NCBI GenBank assembly: GCA_963702205.1 | Contig: OY969724.1 | Span: 928,001 to 992,000, forward strand | Source of the DNA: an uncultured candidate division Zixibacteria bacterium | GTDB taxonomy: Bacteria > Zixibacteria > MSB-5A5 > GN15 > PGXB01 | DNA length: 64,000 nucleotides | Direction of reading: 5' to 3' | Shown: piece by piece, positions 28,927 to 38,492 of the stretch | Position numbering within the stretch: position 1 is the stretch's first letter | Layout of the letters: the number at the start of each line of letters is the position of its first letter | Made by a program: the position numbers and the translations under genes | The notes under the pieces: generated by a model | What the model was told of the DNA's origin: nothing | Seen by the model: only the letters and a program-made list of their open reading frames with translations | Database searches by the model: none

Positions 28927-29484
28927 CTAAATATTTATGAGATAATGGCTTAGTCTTTCTTTGGATTTAATAAGGCCCAGCTTGCGGCGGATATTTTTGC
29001 GGTGGCTCCGGATTGTCTCCAAAGAGCAGTTGAGCAGGTCAGCGATCTCTTTGGAAGCGAGGCCGTCGTGGATGAAGTGACAAATTTCGACCTCACGGTG
29101 GGTCAGGCCGGGGTATGAATTTTCCATCAGCCCCACGAACGGCGCCGTTATTTCTTTGAGGCCATTGCGAAGCAGGCCGATATACACCTTTTCGTCCGGC
29201 CCGGTTTTGCTTTCCAGTTTGCGCAAGAGCGGCATCAGAACACGATTGATATTGCTCCGGAGGTTGGCGGCGATGTTTTTCTTTTCGTCGTGGATTTGCC
29301 CCAGCACCGCTTTCATCGACTCACCCTTGGCGTTGAGAGCGTCTTTGACAATCCGGAGTTCCCTCCGAAGCGCCTCCGCTTCTTTTTCAGCGGCGAGACG
29401 GAGTATCAACTGGCGGTGAATTTCCGGGTCGTGCGTATCGGTCCGGTTCGATTCGGGACAATTACCCAATTCTTCCCCGTTCAT
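28927..29484 (-). CDS. LuxR-family HTH transcriptional regulator
   Basis: LTHREVEICHFIHDGLASKEIADLLNCSLETIRSHRKNIRRKLG. Confidence 0.92.
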   Translation of the reverse strand: MNGEELGNCPESNRTDTHDPEIHRQLILRLAAEKEAEALRRELRIVKDALNAKGESMKAVLGQIHDEKKNIAANLRSNINRVLMPLLRKLESKTGPDEKVYIGLLRNGLKEITAPFVGLMENSYPGLTHREVEICHFIHDGLASKEIADLLNCSLETIRSHRKNIRRKLGLIKSKERLSHYLINI

Positions 29485-29553
29485 ATTTTATAGCCCCTTT
29501 GATTTTGTCGTTTGGTTTCGCCGGATTTCCGGAGAAATAGCCCAATAATAGAA

Positions 29554-29580
29554 TTATCGAAAAAAACCAGCTTTTTTTTA
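29554..29580 (-). promoter_or_regulatory. Sigma28-type promoter of the LuxR gene
   Basis: Minus strand TAAA-N15-TTCGATAA. Confidence 0.5.
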
Positions 29581-29706
29581 GCCCCTCAGGGCAAATATAA
29601 TTCTGAAAAATCCGTCACTCTATTGCTTTTAAGAATGACAATTGTGGCTTCATGACGAAAAATTGTTCAACCCCGGTGGCCATAATGATATATTGAAAGC
29701 GGCACG

Positions 29707-32031
29707 ATGGATAACAAGGCTGACAAAAAAGATTCCGGCCAAACCGGGCTTCGCGAAAGGTACCGCCTGAAAATTACGGGTGCGGTGCAGGGGGTCGGTT
29801 TTCGCCCTTTTGTCTATCGGCTGGCGACGTCCAACGATCTGACCGGGTGGGTGAACAATACTTCGGAGGGTCTTTTAATCGAAATCGAGGGCCCTATCGA
29901 ACGGCTGGACAGGTTTGTCGAAAGTCTTAAGACCGATAAACCGGCCGTGTCCCAGATCGACAAAATCGAACGCGCGCGCATGGCACCCCAAAACGATGGG
30001 ACCTTTGAGATTATTCTATCCGATACGGGCTCGAATAAGTCGGTCGTGATCCTGCCCGACCTGGCCGTTTGCGATGATTGTCTTCGCGAGTTGCTCGATC
30101 CCGCAGACCGGCGGTATTTGTATCCGTTTATAAATTGCACCAATTGCGGACCGCGCTTTTCCATAATAAAGGCGCTGCCATACGACCGCGCCAATACGAG
30201 TATGGCAAGATTTGCGATGTGCGAAAAATGCGCTGCCGAATATCACGATCCGTCCAACCGGCGGTTTCACGCCCAGCCCAACGCCTGCCCCGACTGCGGA
30301 CCACAGGTGCAGTTGTGGGATGATCGAGGTCAGATATTAGAACAATATAACGGAGCCCTCCTGAAAGCGGCCGAAGCCCTGCATGAGGGTAAGATCGTTG
30401 CGGTCAAAGGTTTGGGCGGGTTTCATCTGATGGTCGACGCCGGAAACGAAAATGCCGTGCGCGAGCTGCGACAAAGAAAACACCGCGAAGAAAAACCACT
30501 TGCGGTGATGTTCCCTGATCTGAATTCAATCAAATCAGTTTGCCGAGTTTCAGACGAAGAAGAAAAGCTCTTGCTCTCGACCGCCTCACCGATAGTACTA
30601 TTGGAAAAATCAGAGATACCGGGCGGCTATACCATTGCCGAATCGGTGGCGCCGGGAAACCCGTACCTTGGCAGCATGCTGCCGTACACTCCCCTGCATC
30701 ATATTCTTATGAGATTAGTGCATCGTCCGGTGGTCGCCACCAGCGGCAATATCAGCGATGAACCGATCTGTATCGACGAGCGCGAAGCCCTCGACCGGCT
30801 CGGTCAGATTACCGGCCTGTTTCTGGTGCACGATCGTCCGATAGCGCGGCATGTCGATGATTCCGTGGTGCGCCTTATGGCCGGACGTGAGATGGTTATC
30901 CGCCGCGCCCGGGGATACGCCCCGCGACCGATAAAGATCAAGTCCAACTACGAGGGGGTATTGGCGGTCGGGGGACACATGAAAAATGCCGTGGCGGTGA
31001 CAATCGGCGACAACGCCTTTGTCAGCCAGCATATCGGCGACCTCGATAACGAAGGCGCGGTCGGAGCGTTTGAAGAAGCGATCGGGCAGCTGCTGGGTCT
31101 ATACGACAAAGAACCTCAGGTTATTACCTGTGATTTGCACCCCAATTATTATTCTACTCAATATGCGCATAAAAGAAAGACAAGAATTGTCCCGGTGCAG
31201 CATCATTTTGCGCATGTGTTATCGTGCATGGCAGAGAATCATATTGAAGGCCCGGTCCTGGGGGTTGCATGGGACGGCACCGGCTATGGCACCGATGGTA
31301 CAATTTGGGGTGGAGAGTTTCTGGCGGTTTCGGACGGGGCGTTCGAGAGAGCGGCCTCGCTGCGGACTTTTTCACTGCCGGGAGGAGACAGCGCCGCCAA
31401 AGAGCCGCGAAGGTCGGCGCTGGGTCTGCTTTATGAATTATTTTCAGGCAATCCTGAAGCTTTTAAAATGACGGCTACATATAAGACCTATCAGCCTGAC
31501 GAATTGGAATTGCTGCTCAATGCCCTCGATAAAAATATTAATACGGTCCCGACGTCAAGCGCCGGACGGTTGTTCGATGCGGTGGCATCGCTGATCGATT
31601 CGCGTCAGATTATGTCTTTCGAGGGCCAGGCGGCGATGGAACTGGAATTTCTGGCGCACAAGAGCAAAACGGCGGAGACGTATGAAATAAATTATGATGA
31701 TCGTGGCCATGATCGCATCGTCCTGGACTGGGAGCCGGTGATTCTCGGCATTCTCGATGACATCGAGTCTAAGCTCTCGAAAGAAGAGATCGCCGCTAAA
31801 TTTCACAATACGCTGGCTGAAGGTATCGTCGAAGTAACTCGAATGACAGGGATTGACAAAGTCGTGCTGACCGGGGGTTGTTTCCAGAATAAATATTTGA
31901 CGGAAATGGTCATTGACAAACTGCGCCAAAACGGTTTTGATGTTTTCTGGCACGGGGATATCCCGCCCAACGACGGCGGCATCTGCCTCGGGCAGGCGGT
32001 CGCGGCCGGGATGAAAAGGAAAGAGCAATAG
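29707..32031 (+). CDS. hypF: Carbamoyltransferase HypF
   Basis: GAVQGVGFRPFVY acylphosphatase domain, two zinc fingers, HHFAH, PPNDGGICLGQ. Confidence 0.97.
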   Translation: MDNKADKKDSGQTGLRERYRLKITGAVQGVGFRPFVYRLATSNDLTGWVNNTSEGLLIEIEGPIERLDRFVESLKTDKPAVSQIDKIERARMAPQNDGTFEIILSDTGSNKSVVILPDLAVCDDCLRELLDPADRRYLYPFINCTNCGPRFSIIKALPYDRANTSMARFAMCEKCAAEYHDPSNRRFHAQPNACPDCGPQVQLWDDRGQILEQYNGALLKAAEALHEGKIVAVKGLGGFHLMVDAGNENAVRELRQRKHREEKPLAVMFPDLNSIKSVCRVSDEEEKLLLSTASPIVLLEKSEIPGGYTIAESVAPGNPYLGSMLPYTPLHHILMRLVHRPVVATSGNISDEPICIDEREALDRLGQITGLFLVHDRPIARHVDDSVVRLMAGREMVIRRARGYAPRPIKIKSNYEGVLAVGGHMKNAVAVTIGDNAFVSQHIGDLDNEGAVGAFEEAIGQLLGLYDKEPQVITCDLHPNYYSTQYAHKRKTRIVPVQHHFAHVLSCMAENHIEGPVLGVAWDGTGYGTDGTIWGGEFLAVSDGAFERAASLRTFSLPGGDSAAKEPRRSALGLLYELFSGNPEAFKMTATYKTYQPDELELLLNALDKNINTVPTSSAGRLFDAVASLIDSRQIMSFEGQAAMELEFLAHKSKTAETYEINYDDRGHDRIVLDWEPVILGILDDIESKLSKEEIAAKFHNTLAEGIVEVTRMTGIDKVVLTGGCFQNKYLTEMVIDKLRQNGFDVFWHGDIPPNDGGICLGQAVAAGMKRKEQ

Positions 32032-32032
32032 C

Positions 32033-32287
32033 ATGTGCATCGCGGTACCGGGACAGATTAAATCGATTGAAGGTGACAACCCGATCGAGCTTCGCGGCGC
32101 GGTCGATTTCGGCGGTGTCGAGCGGGAAGTCATACTGTCGTTCGTTCCGGAATCGAAAATCGGCGACTGGGTGCTGGTGCACGCCGGGTTTGCTATAACC
32201 GTTATAGACCAAGACAGCGCGCGGCAGACTCTTCGCGAATTCGACCGGATACTGGGCGAGTCCGGCCCCGACGGAGACGCAGGATGA
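32033..32287 (+). CDS. hypC: Hydrogenase assembly chaperone HypC
   Basis: MCIAVPG and [11 protein letters not shown] motifs. Confidence 0.97.
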   Translation: MCIAVPGQIKSIEGDNPIELRGAVDFGGVEREVILSFVPESKIGDWVLVHAGFAITVIDQDSARQTLREFDRILGESGPDGDAG

Positions 32288-33378
32288 AATTTATCGACGA
32301 ATATCGCGACGCCGATGCTGTCAAAAGACTGGCCGACAAGACGGCGTCGGTCGTAACGCGCGACTGGACGCTGATGGAAATATGCGGCGGACAGACGCAC
32401 GCCATAGTGCGTTTCGGTATCGACGAACTCCTGCCCGATTCTGTGACGCTGGTGCACGGTCCCGGCTGCCCGGTGTGTGTGACGTCGGCGGCAACCATCG
32501 ACACGGCTCTGGATCTGGCCGCACGGACCGATGTTATTTTCTGCTCGTTCGGAGATATGCTCCGGGTTCCGGGTTCACGAAAAGACCTGCTCACGGTTCG
32601 GGCCGAGGGCGGCGACGTGCGCACGGTTTATTCGCCGGTCGATGCCCTGACAATCGCAAAAGACAATCCCGATAAAAAGGTCGTATTCTTTGCTATCGGT
32701 TTTGAAACGACCGCCCCGACTACGGCCATGGCGGTTTACCGCGCCGCACAAGAGAGTATTACCAATTATTCACTGCTGGTCTCGCACGTTCTGGTGATTC
32801 CGGCGATGGAGTCGATATTATCGTCACCGGAGGCATCAATCGACGGTTTCCTCGCGGCCGGACATGTTTGTACGGTTACGGGGTACAATGCTTATCATGC
32901 GGTCACACGGAAGTACGACACACCGATAGTCGTGACCGGGTTCGAGCCGCTTGATCTAATGCGTGGAATTTACGCCTGTGTTTGTCAGCTCGAAGCGGGC
33001 ACAAGCGAAGTTGACAATCAGTACTCGCGGGCGGTGAAGCCGGAGGGCAATCTTTCGGCCCTGAAAATGATAGAGACTGTTTTTGAAACATGCGACCGCG
33101 AGTGGCGCGGACTGGGGACAATCCCCTCCAGCGGCCTAAAACTCAAGCGGGAATATGCGCAGCACGACGCCGAATTGATATTCGATCTGAAACCATCGGC
33201 TCCGGAAGAATCCACTATTTGTATCAGCGGAAGAATCCTTCAGGGAGCGGCCAAGCCGCCGGAGTGCCCGGCTTTCGGGACACAGTGCACCCCGGAACAC
33301 CCGCTCGGTGCAACCATGGTATCGTCGGAGGGCGCCTGCGCCGCATATTATAAGTACCGCCTGTTGAGCAAGGGATGA
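32284..33378 (+). CDS. hypD: Hydrogenase formation protein HypD
   Basis: [23 protein letters not shown] and [12 protein letters not shown] motifs. Confidence 0.97.
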   Translation: MKFIDEYRDADAVKRLADKTASVVTRDWTLMEICGGQTHAIVRFGIDELLPDSVTLVHGPGCPVCVTSAATIDTALDLAARTDVIFCSFGDMLRVPGSRKDLLTVRAEGGDVRTVYSPVDALTIAKDNPDKKVVFFAIGFETTAPTTAMAVYRAAQESITNYSLLVSHVLVIPAMESILSSPEASIDGFLAAGHVCTVTGYNAYHAVTRKYDTPIVVTGFEPLDLMRGIYACVCQLEAGTSEVDNQYSRAVKPEGNLSALKMIETVFETCDREWRGLGTIPSSGLKLKREYAQHDAELIFDLKPSAPEESTICISGRILQGAAKPPECPAFGTQCTPEHPLGATMVSSEGACAAYYKYRLLSKG

Positions 33379-33394
33379 AAGTACAGGAACCGTT

Positions 33395-34450
33395 ATGACC
33401 CAGGATAAAACATCCGGCCCGGCCTGCCCGATTCCGATTTCCGAGTATCCGGTGGTACTGCTGGCCCACGGCGGCGGCGGGACTCTGACCGGCCAACTTA
33501 TCGACAAGCTGTTTATGACGGCTTTTGATTCACCGCAGCTTAAAGCCAAAACCGATTCGGCACTTTTAACAGTCGAGACCGGGAAACTGGCTTTCACGAC
33601 CGACAGTTTTGTGGTTTCGCCGCTGTTTTTTCCGGGGGGCAATATCGGATCGCTGGCCGTGCACGGGACAATAAACGATCTGGCCACGTCCGGAGCGAAG
33701 CCGCTGTATTTGAGCGCGGGGTTTATAATCGAAGAGGGGCTGGTTATGACGACGCTGTGGGATATTGTCGTCTCGATGGCCGAAGCCGCCAGGGCCGCAG
33801 GAGTTTCGATTGTCACCGGAGATACAAAAGTGGTCGAGCGTGGTAAATGTGACGGGGTTTATATAAATACCAGCGGGGTTGGGGTGATCGAGCACGATAT
33901 GAATATCGGACCGTCGCAGATTTGTTCCGGTGACACGATAATTATCAACGGCGATATCGGTCGTCACGGGATGGCGATCATGGCGGCCAGAGAAAGCCTC
34001 GGTTTTAGGAGCAGAATAGAAAGCGATGCGGCATCATTGTCGCCAATGGTACAAACGCTGATTGAAGAGGGTATTGAAATTCACTGCCTGCGGGACCTGA
34101 CACGCGGCGGACTGGCCAGCGCCGCCAATGAACTGGCTTCAGCTGCCGGAGTGACAATCGAGCTCGAGGAATCCCGAATCCCGGTCGACAGCACGGTCGC
34201 CGGATTCTGTGAGGTGCTGGGAATCGACGTTTATCATTCGGCCTGCGAAGGCCGGATGATGATAATTCTTCCTGAAAAAGAAGCCTCTTGCTGCCTGAAA
34301 ATCCTGAAGAAAAGCGACTTCGGACGAAACAGCACAATAATTGGACGAGTTACCGATCCGAAATCGGCCCCGGCAGTTTTGGTCAGTGCGGTGGGGACGC
34401 GGCGGGTTTTGTCGATGTTGTCCGGAGAACAGCTCCCGCGAATCTGCTAA
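33395..34450 (+). CDS. hypE: Hydrogenase expression protein HypE
   Basis: LAHGGGG, FTTDSFVV, GDTKVV and C-terminal GEQLPRIC. Confidence 0.97.
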   Translation: MTQDKTSGPACPIPISEYPVVLLAHGGGGTLTGQLIDKLFMTAFDSPQLKAKTDSALLTVETGKLAFTTDSFVVSPLFFPGGNIGSLAVHGTINDLATSGAKPLYLSAGFIIEEGLVMTTLWDIVVSMAEAARAAGVSIVTGDTKVVERGKCDGVYINTSGVGVIEHDMNIGPSQICSGDTIIINGDIGRHGMAIMAARESLGFRSRIESDAASLSPMVQTLIEEGIEIHCLRDLTRGGLASAANELASAAGVTIELEESRIPVDSTVAGFCEVLGIDVYHSACEGRMMIILPEKEASCCLKILKKSDFGRNSTIIGRVTDPKSAPAVLVSAVGTRRVLSMLSGEQLPRIC

Positions 34451-34479
34451 TTCCACCCTCGCTTTTCATCATTTGTGCT

Positions 34480-34509
34480 TTGACATTGAAATAAACATTT
34501 TCATATTAT
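34480..34509 (+). promoter_or_regulatory. Sigma70-like promoter of the folE operon
   Basis: TTGACA-N18-TATTAT; the spacer contains the inverted repeat TGAAA-N7-TTTCA. Confidence 0.45.
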
Positions 34510-34549
34510 TTATTGTTGATATCATAAACCCGACAGGCAGGAATTATTT

Positions 34550-35101
34550 ATGACAAAACTCGAACAGCTATATCGTGAAATATTGATGGAAATCGGCGAA
34601 GATCCCGACCGCGAAGGTCTCAGGGATACTCCCCGCCGGGCGGCCAAAGCTCTGCAGTTCGTCACCCGGGGCTACAACGAAGATATAGACAAACTTGTCA
34701 ACAACGCCGTCTTCGAATCGAGCGCCAAGCAGCTGGTAATTGTCAAAAATATCGAGCTTTATTCGATGTGTGAGCATCACCTGCTGCCGTTTATCGGCAA
34801 GGCGCACGTCGGGTACATTCCCAACGGCAAAGTGCTGGGGCTGTCGAAAGTGGCCCGCCTGGTCGATGCCTTCGGGCGGCGGCTGCAAATTCAAGAAGAA
34901 TTGACCCGCCAGATTGCCGAGACCGTGCAGAAGTACACCGATGCCATCGGTGTCGGGGTCGTGATCGAAGCCCAGCACCTGTGCATGATGATGCGCGGGG
35001 TGGAAAAGCAGAATTCGGTCATGACGACGTCGTGCGTCCTGGGTGAACTGCACGATGACCCGGAGACGCGGGCTGAGTTTTTGAAACTCGTCTACGGTTA
35101 G
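34550..35101 (+). CDS. folE: GTP cyclohydrolase I
   Basis: [35 protein letters not shown] and HLCMMMRG motifs. Confidence 0.97.
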   Translation: MTKLEQLYREILMEIGEDPDREGLRDTPRRAAKALQFVTRGYNEDIDKLVNNAVFESSAKQLVIVKNIELYSMCEHHLLPFIGKAHVGYIPNGKVLGLSKVARLVDAFGRRLQIQEELTRQIAETVQKYTDAIGVGVVIEAQHLCMMMRGVEKQNSVMTTSCVLGELHDDPETRAEFLKLVYG

Positions 35102-35103
35102 TT

Positions 35104-36342
35104 ATGAGCTATTTGACTCTAAGCAAAAGATTCGAGCTGTCGCTGTCGTACCGTTATCGCAACGGTGCGCTGGGCGAGGCCGCCAACCGAGAGTTGTTCG
35201 GTGATAAGTACGGCACCGCGAACGGTTACGGCGGCAACTGGACGGCTTTTTTCATTTTCGACGGTTCGGTCGATCCCGACACGGGCATGATGCTCAATAT
35301 ATCGACGGTCAAAGAACGAATCGGGCGTCTTCTGACGCAGCGCTACGACCATAAGTACCTGAACCAGAACACGCCGCCGTTTGACAGTATCGTCCCGACT
35401 CCGGAGAACGTGGCGCTGCAAATGTTTTCCGATGCCTCCGGGCTTTTCGGGGTTATACCGGACCGGCGTCTGGCGGCCTGTCACTTGGCGTGCTCACCGT
35501 ACGACGGAGCCACGGCCTACGGCGACGGGCGGGTCGAACGGCATTACTGGCTGGAATTTTCAGCCGCGCGCCGGACTTTCTCACCGCATCTGACCGACGA
35601 AGAGAACCGTCAGCTATTTGGTATCGCGTCGACCGCGTCCGGCCATGGTCACTATTATAGATTGCGGGTGACGCTGCACGGTTCTGTTGACGGCGAAAGC
35701 GGGATGATCTTTCCCGAGCGCGAAGCCGAGAGCTACCTCGATGAACTGAAAGACTTGCTGGATCATAAAAATCTCAATAAAGACGTGCGAGAACTGTCCG
35801 AAAAACCGATGACGACCGAGTGCCTGGCGCAGTATTTCTTCGCGCGTCTGAGCCGCAATATGCCGGTCGCGCGTGTCCGGCTCTGGGAGAACCCGTACTT
35901 TTTCGCAGAGTACCATGCCGGGAATTATCATATGCTCGGTCTGAAAGACTCGTTTCAGGCCGCGCACCGTCTGCACTGTGCATCATTGAACGACGAGAAA
36001 AACCGCGAAATATTCGGTAAGTGCAACAATCCGGCCGGGCACGGACATCGGTACATAATCGAGGCGACGCTCAACGGTGAACTCGACGAAAAAACCGGGA
36101 TACTTTTCCCTCTGTCCGACTTTCAGAATGCACTCAAAGGAGCCGTTGCGGACTGGCATTATAAGCATCTCGACCTCGACACCGAGGAATTCCGCGATTG
36201 TGTTTCGACCGGGGAAAATATCGTGTGCAAGCTGTGCCCCAAAATTGAAAATGGGCTGGGCCGGGATCTGTCGCGGTTGCGCCTTTGGGAAACGCCCAAC
36301 AACCGCTTCACTCTTCGCAAAAACACACCGGAGATTAAATGA
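35104..36342 (+). CDS. 6-pyruvoyl-tetrahydropterin synthase-like protein with three tandem T-fold domains
   Basis: Three repeats of the F...NRxxFG...G[H/Y]G...G.V/LD..TG/SG.. unit; the third has AHRLH...KCNNPAGHGH...TGEN...ETPNN. Confidence 0.88.
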   Translation: MSYLTLSKRFELSLSYRYRNGALGEAANRELFGDKYGTANGYGGNWTAFFIFDGSVDPDTGMMLNISTVKERIGRLLTQRYDHKYLNQNTPPFDSIVPTPENVALQMFSDASGLFGVIPDRRLAACHLACSPYDGATAYGDGRVERHYWLEFSAARRTFSPHLTDEENRQLFGIASTASGHGHYYRLRVTLHGSVDGESGMIFPEREAESYLDELKDLLDHKNLNKDVRELSEKPMTTECLAQYFFARLSRNMPVARVRLWENPYFFAEYHAGNYHMLGLKDSFQAAHRLHCASLNDEKNREIFGKCNNPAGHGHRYIIEATLNGELDEKTGILFPLSDFQNALKGAVADWHYKHLDLDTEEFRDCVSTGENIVCKLCPKIENGLGRDLSRLRLWETPNNRFTLRKNTPEIK

Positions 36343-37046
36343 ATAAGTCGGTAATACGAAGAATACTGATAACCGGTGCCAGCGGTGGAATCGGACGGGC
36401 GGTAGCCGAGGCGTTGGCCGGTCCGGATGCGGAACTGGTTTTGCACGGCCGCAAACAATCCATGCTGAATGAACTGGCCGGGAAAATAAACTCACACAGC
36501 GGACAGAGCAGGATTGCAGCAGCTGACTTAAGTACAGTTGACGGTATTTATTCGCTAATAGATCAAGTCGGCCCCGGTCGAATCGATATCGTCATTCATG
36601 CGGCCGGAGTGGCATTTGTAGATGATATTGAAATGATAAAACCCGAAGAGTGGCAGAGGTCGCTCGATATAAATGTCACCGCGCCTTATCTGATCACTCA
36701 AAAACTGCTGCCGTCCATGCCCGAGGGTGGATCAATTGTGTTTTTGCTGTCGGTTGCGGCCAAAACGGCATTTCCGTCGTGGGGGGCATATTGCACGAGC
36801 AAATTCGCTCTGGAAGGATTTTCTCAGGTGCTCAGAGAGGAGCTTCGGCCCCGGAAGATTCGTGTAATCAATATCTATCCGGCGGCTGCGGCGACCGAAA
36901 TCTGGGACAACATTCCCGGTCAATGGTCAAAGGAAAATATGCTGAGTCCGGATAGCGTCGCGGATGCGATCAAGTACGCTCTGGCGCAAGGGCCTTCGAC
37001 GGCCGTCGAAAATATCAGTCTCGGAAATATTCACGGCAACCAGTAG
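36339..37046 (+). CDS. SDR oxidoreductase, probable bacterial sepiapterin reductase
   Basis: TGASGGIG, S...YCTSK catalytic motif; SVAAKTAF...YCTSKF recalls Chlorobium sepiapterin reductase; ATGA-coupled to the PTPS gene. Confidence 0.7.
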   Translation: MNKSVIRRILITGASGGIGRAVAEALAGPDAELVLHGRKQSMLNELAGKINSHSGQSRIAAADLSTVDGIYSLIDQVGPGRIDIVIHAAGVAFVDDIEMIKPEEWQRSLDINVTAPYLITQKLLPSMPEGGSIVFLLSVAAKTAFPSWGAYCTSKFALEGFSQVLREELRPRKIRVINIYPAAAATEIWDNIPGQWSKENMLSPDSVADAIKYALAQGPSTAVENISLGNIHGNQ

Positions 37047-37057
37047 AAGAATTCTTA

Positions 37058-37387
37058 TCAGTTTATCTCATCGATCTTTTTGGCGATGATAAAATCGTTT
37101 AGCGACAGGCCCCCGATGGCGTGGGTCCAGAGGGTGATTTTGACTTTGTTCCAGCCGTGCAGGAAAATATCCGGGTGATGGCCCTCGCCTTCGGCTATGG
37201 CTCCGACGTTGTTCACGAATTCCAGGGCCTGCGCGAAATCTTTGAATTTATAAAGCCGCTCGATCATTTTGTTGTCCACCACGCTCCATTCCGGGACCTG
37301 ATCGAGATAATTTCCGAATTGTGGTGGTGTCAGCGGGGCAACTCCGCCTTCGCACGGTTCACATTTTTTTTGGGCTAAGTCTTCCAT
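37058..37387 (-). CDS. phhB: Pterin-4a-carbinolamine dehydratase
   Basis: CEPCEGG, FKDFAQALEFVN, AEGEGHHPDI and WTHAIGGLSLNDF motifs. Confidence 0.95.
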   Translation of the reverse strand: MEDLAQKKCEPCEGGVAPLTPPQFGNYLDQVPEWSVVDNKMIERLYKFKDFAQALEFVNNVGAIAEGEGHHPDIFLHGWNKVKITLWTHAIGGLSLNDFIIAKKIDEIN

Positions 37388-37470
37388 AATACCGCCTTTC
37401 GTTTCCTTGTCCGTGTTCTATTCAACGTCAAGTCTGCGGCGGCGGTTCCCCGCGATGAAAAAGACGCAAT

Positions 37471-37884
37471 TTACGATTGATAGAGCATGAAGTACACGGC
37501 AATTCCGCTCAGCGAGACAAACATCCACACCGGCCAGAGAAAGCGGGTAATGCGTGTATGATTGGTGAAATTGGCTTTGAGAGCGTACCATACGGCGGCG
37601 AGGATAAACGGCACCATCAGTCCAGCCAGTATCACATGTGGGATGAGAATTGTAAAGTATACCGGGCGGGTCCAGTCGTGGTACGGGTACGGCACCGACC
37701 CGACCTGGTAGTGATAAATCAAATATGAAATAAAAAACAGGGCCGACGACACCAGGGCCGCCAGCATATATTTCTTGTGCACGTCGGGCCGCCGTTTCTT
37801 GATATAAACAAATCCCAGCGTCAGCAGCACCGCGCTGATGAAATTAAGCGTTGCATTAATTGCCGGAAGGTCGGTGACGCTCAT
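37471..37884 (-). CDS. DUF420 membrane protein (CtaM-like oxidase assembly factor)
   Basis: LPAINATLN...HKKYM...ILIPHVILA...H...PVW; four TM helices. Confidence 0.88.
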   Translation of the reverse strand: MSVTDLPAINATLNFISAVLLTLGFVYIKKRRPDVHKKYMLAALVSSALFFISYLIYHYQVGSVPYPYHDWTRPVYFTILIPHVILAGLMVPFILAAVWYALKANFTNHTRITRFLWPVWMFVSLSGIAVYFMLYQS

Positions 37885-38492
37885 TTTGATTCATCGAGAA
37901 GGCGTTTGACGTTACTTTTCAATTTCGCGATGCTGGTGTCGTCGAGGCCGTCGTAATATCCCCGAATCCGACCTTCGGTGTCGATCAGGACGAACCGGGT
38001 GGAGTGGCCCCCCGGAAGTGAGGCTTTGTCGGCGGCGATTTTGAGACCTTGTTCGGAAAACGTGACGAGGCTGTCCATCGATGTGTGCAAAAAGACCCAG
38101 CGATTATCGGTCACTCCCTGGCTTTCGGCATAGGCTTTCAGGACTGATACCGAGTCGTATTCGGGATCAACGGTTACTGATACCAGCTGCACCCTGTCCG
38201 AACCATGAAACAGATTATATAAATCGACAAACTTGGTCGCCATCACCGGGCATGGTCCCTGGCACCGGGTGAAAATAAAATCTATGACAGCCACTTTGCC
38301 TTCAAGGTCGGGTGAACCGAACGGTTGGCCGTCCTGGTCGATGAACTCGAAGGCGGGCAGTTGCCCCAGCACCGGGATTTCGTAGCGTGATTTATCGGCC
38401 CTTGATATCACCCAGTATGCCAGCGTCCCCAACAGGATCAGCGCTGTTATGACGGCGAGAAAGACGCCGGTCAATGATCTTCGTGAATTCAT
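37881..38492 (-). CDS. SCO family copper chaperone
   Basis: FIFTRCQGPCP, VTVDPEYD and HSTRFVLID motifs; start MNSRRS at 38492. Confidence 0.92.
   Translation of the reverse strand: MNSRRSLTGVFLAVITALILLGTLAYWVISRADKSRYEIPVLGQLPAFEFIDQDGQPFGSPDLEGKVAVIDFIFTRCQGPCPVMATKFVDLYNLFHGSDRVQLVSVTVDPEYDSVSVLKAYAESQGVTDNRWVFLHTSMDSLVTFSEQGLKIAADKASLPGGHSTRFVLIDTEGRIRGYYDGLDDTSIAKLKSNVKRLLDESK

Noticed and set aside
35104..36342. Queuosine or 7-deazaguanine DNA-modification pathway (folE + queD)
   Set aside because: No queE, queC, queF, tgt or dpd genes; the CNN..GHGH motif plus SDR and phhB fit biopterin better.
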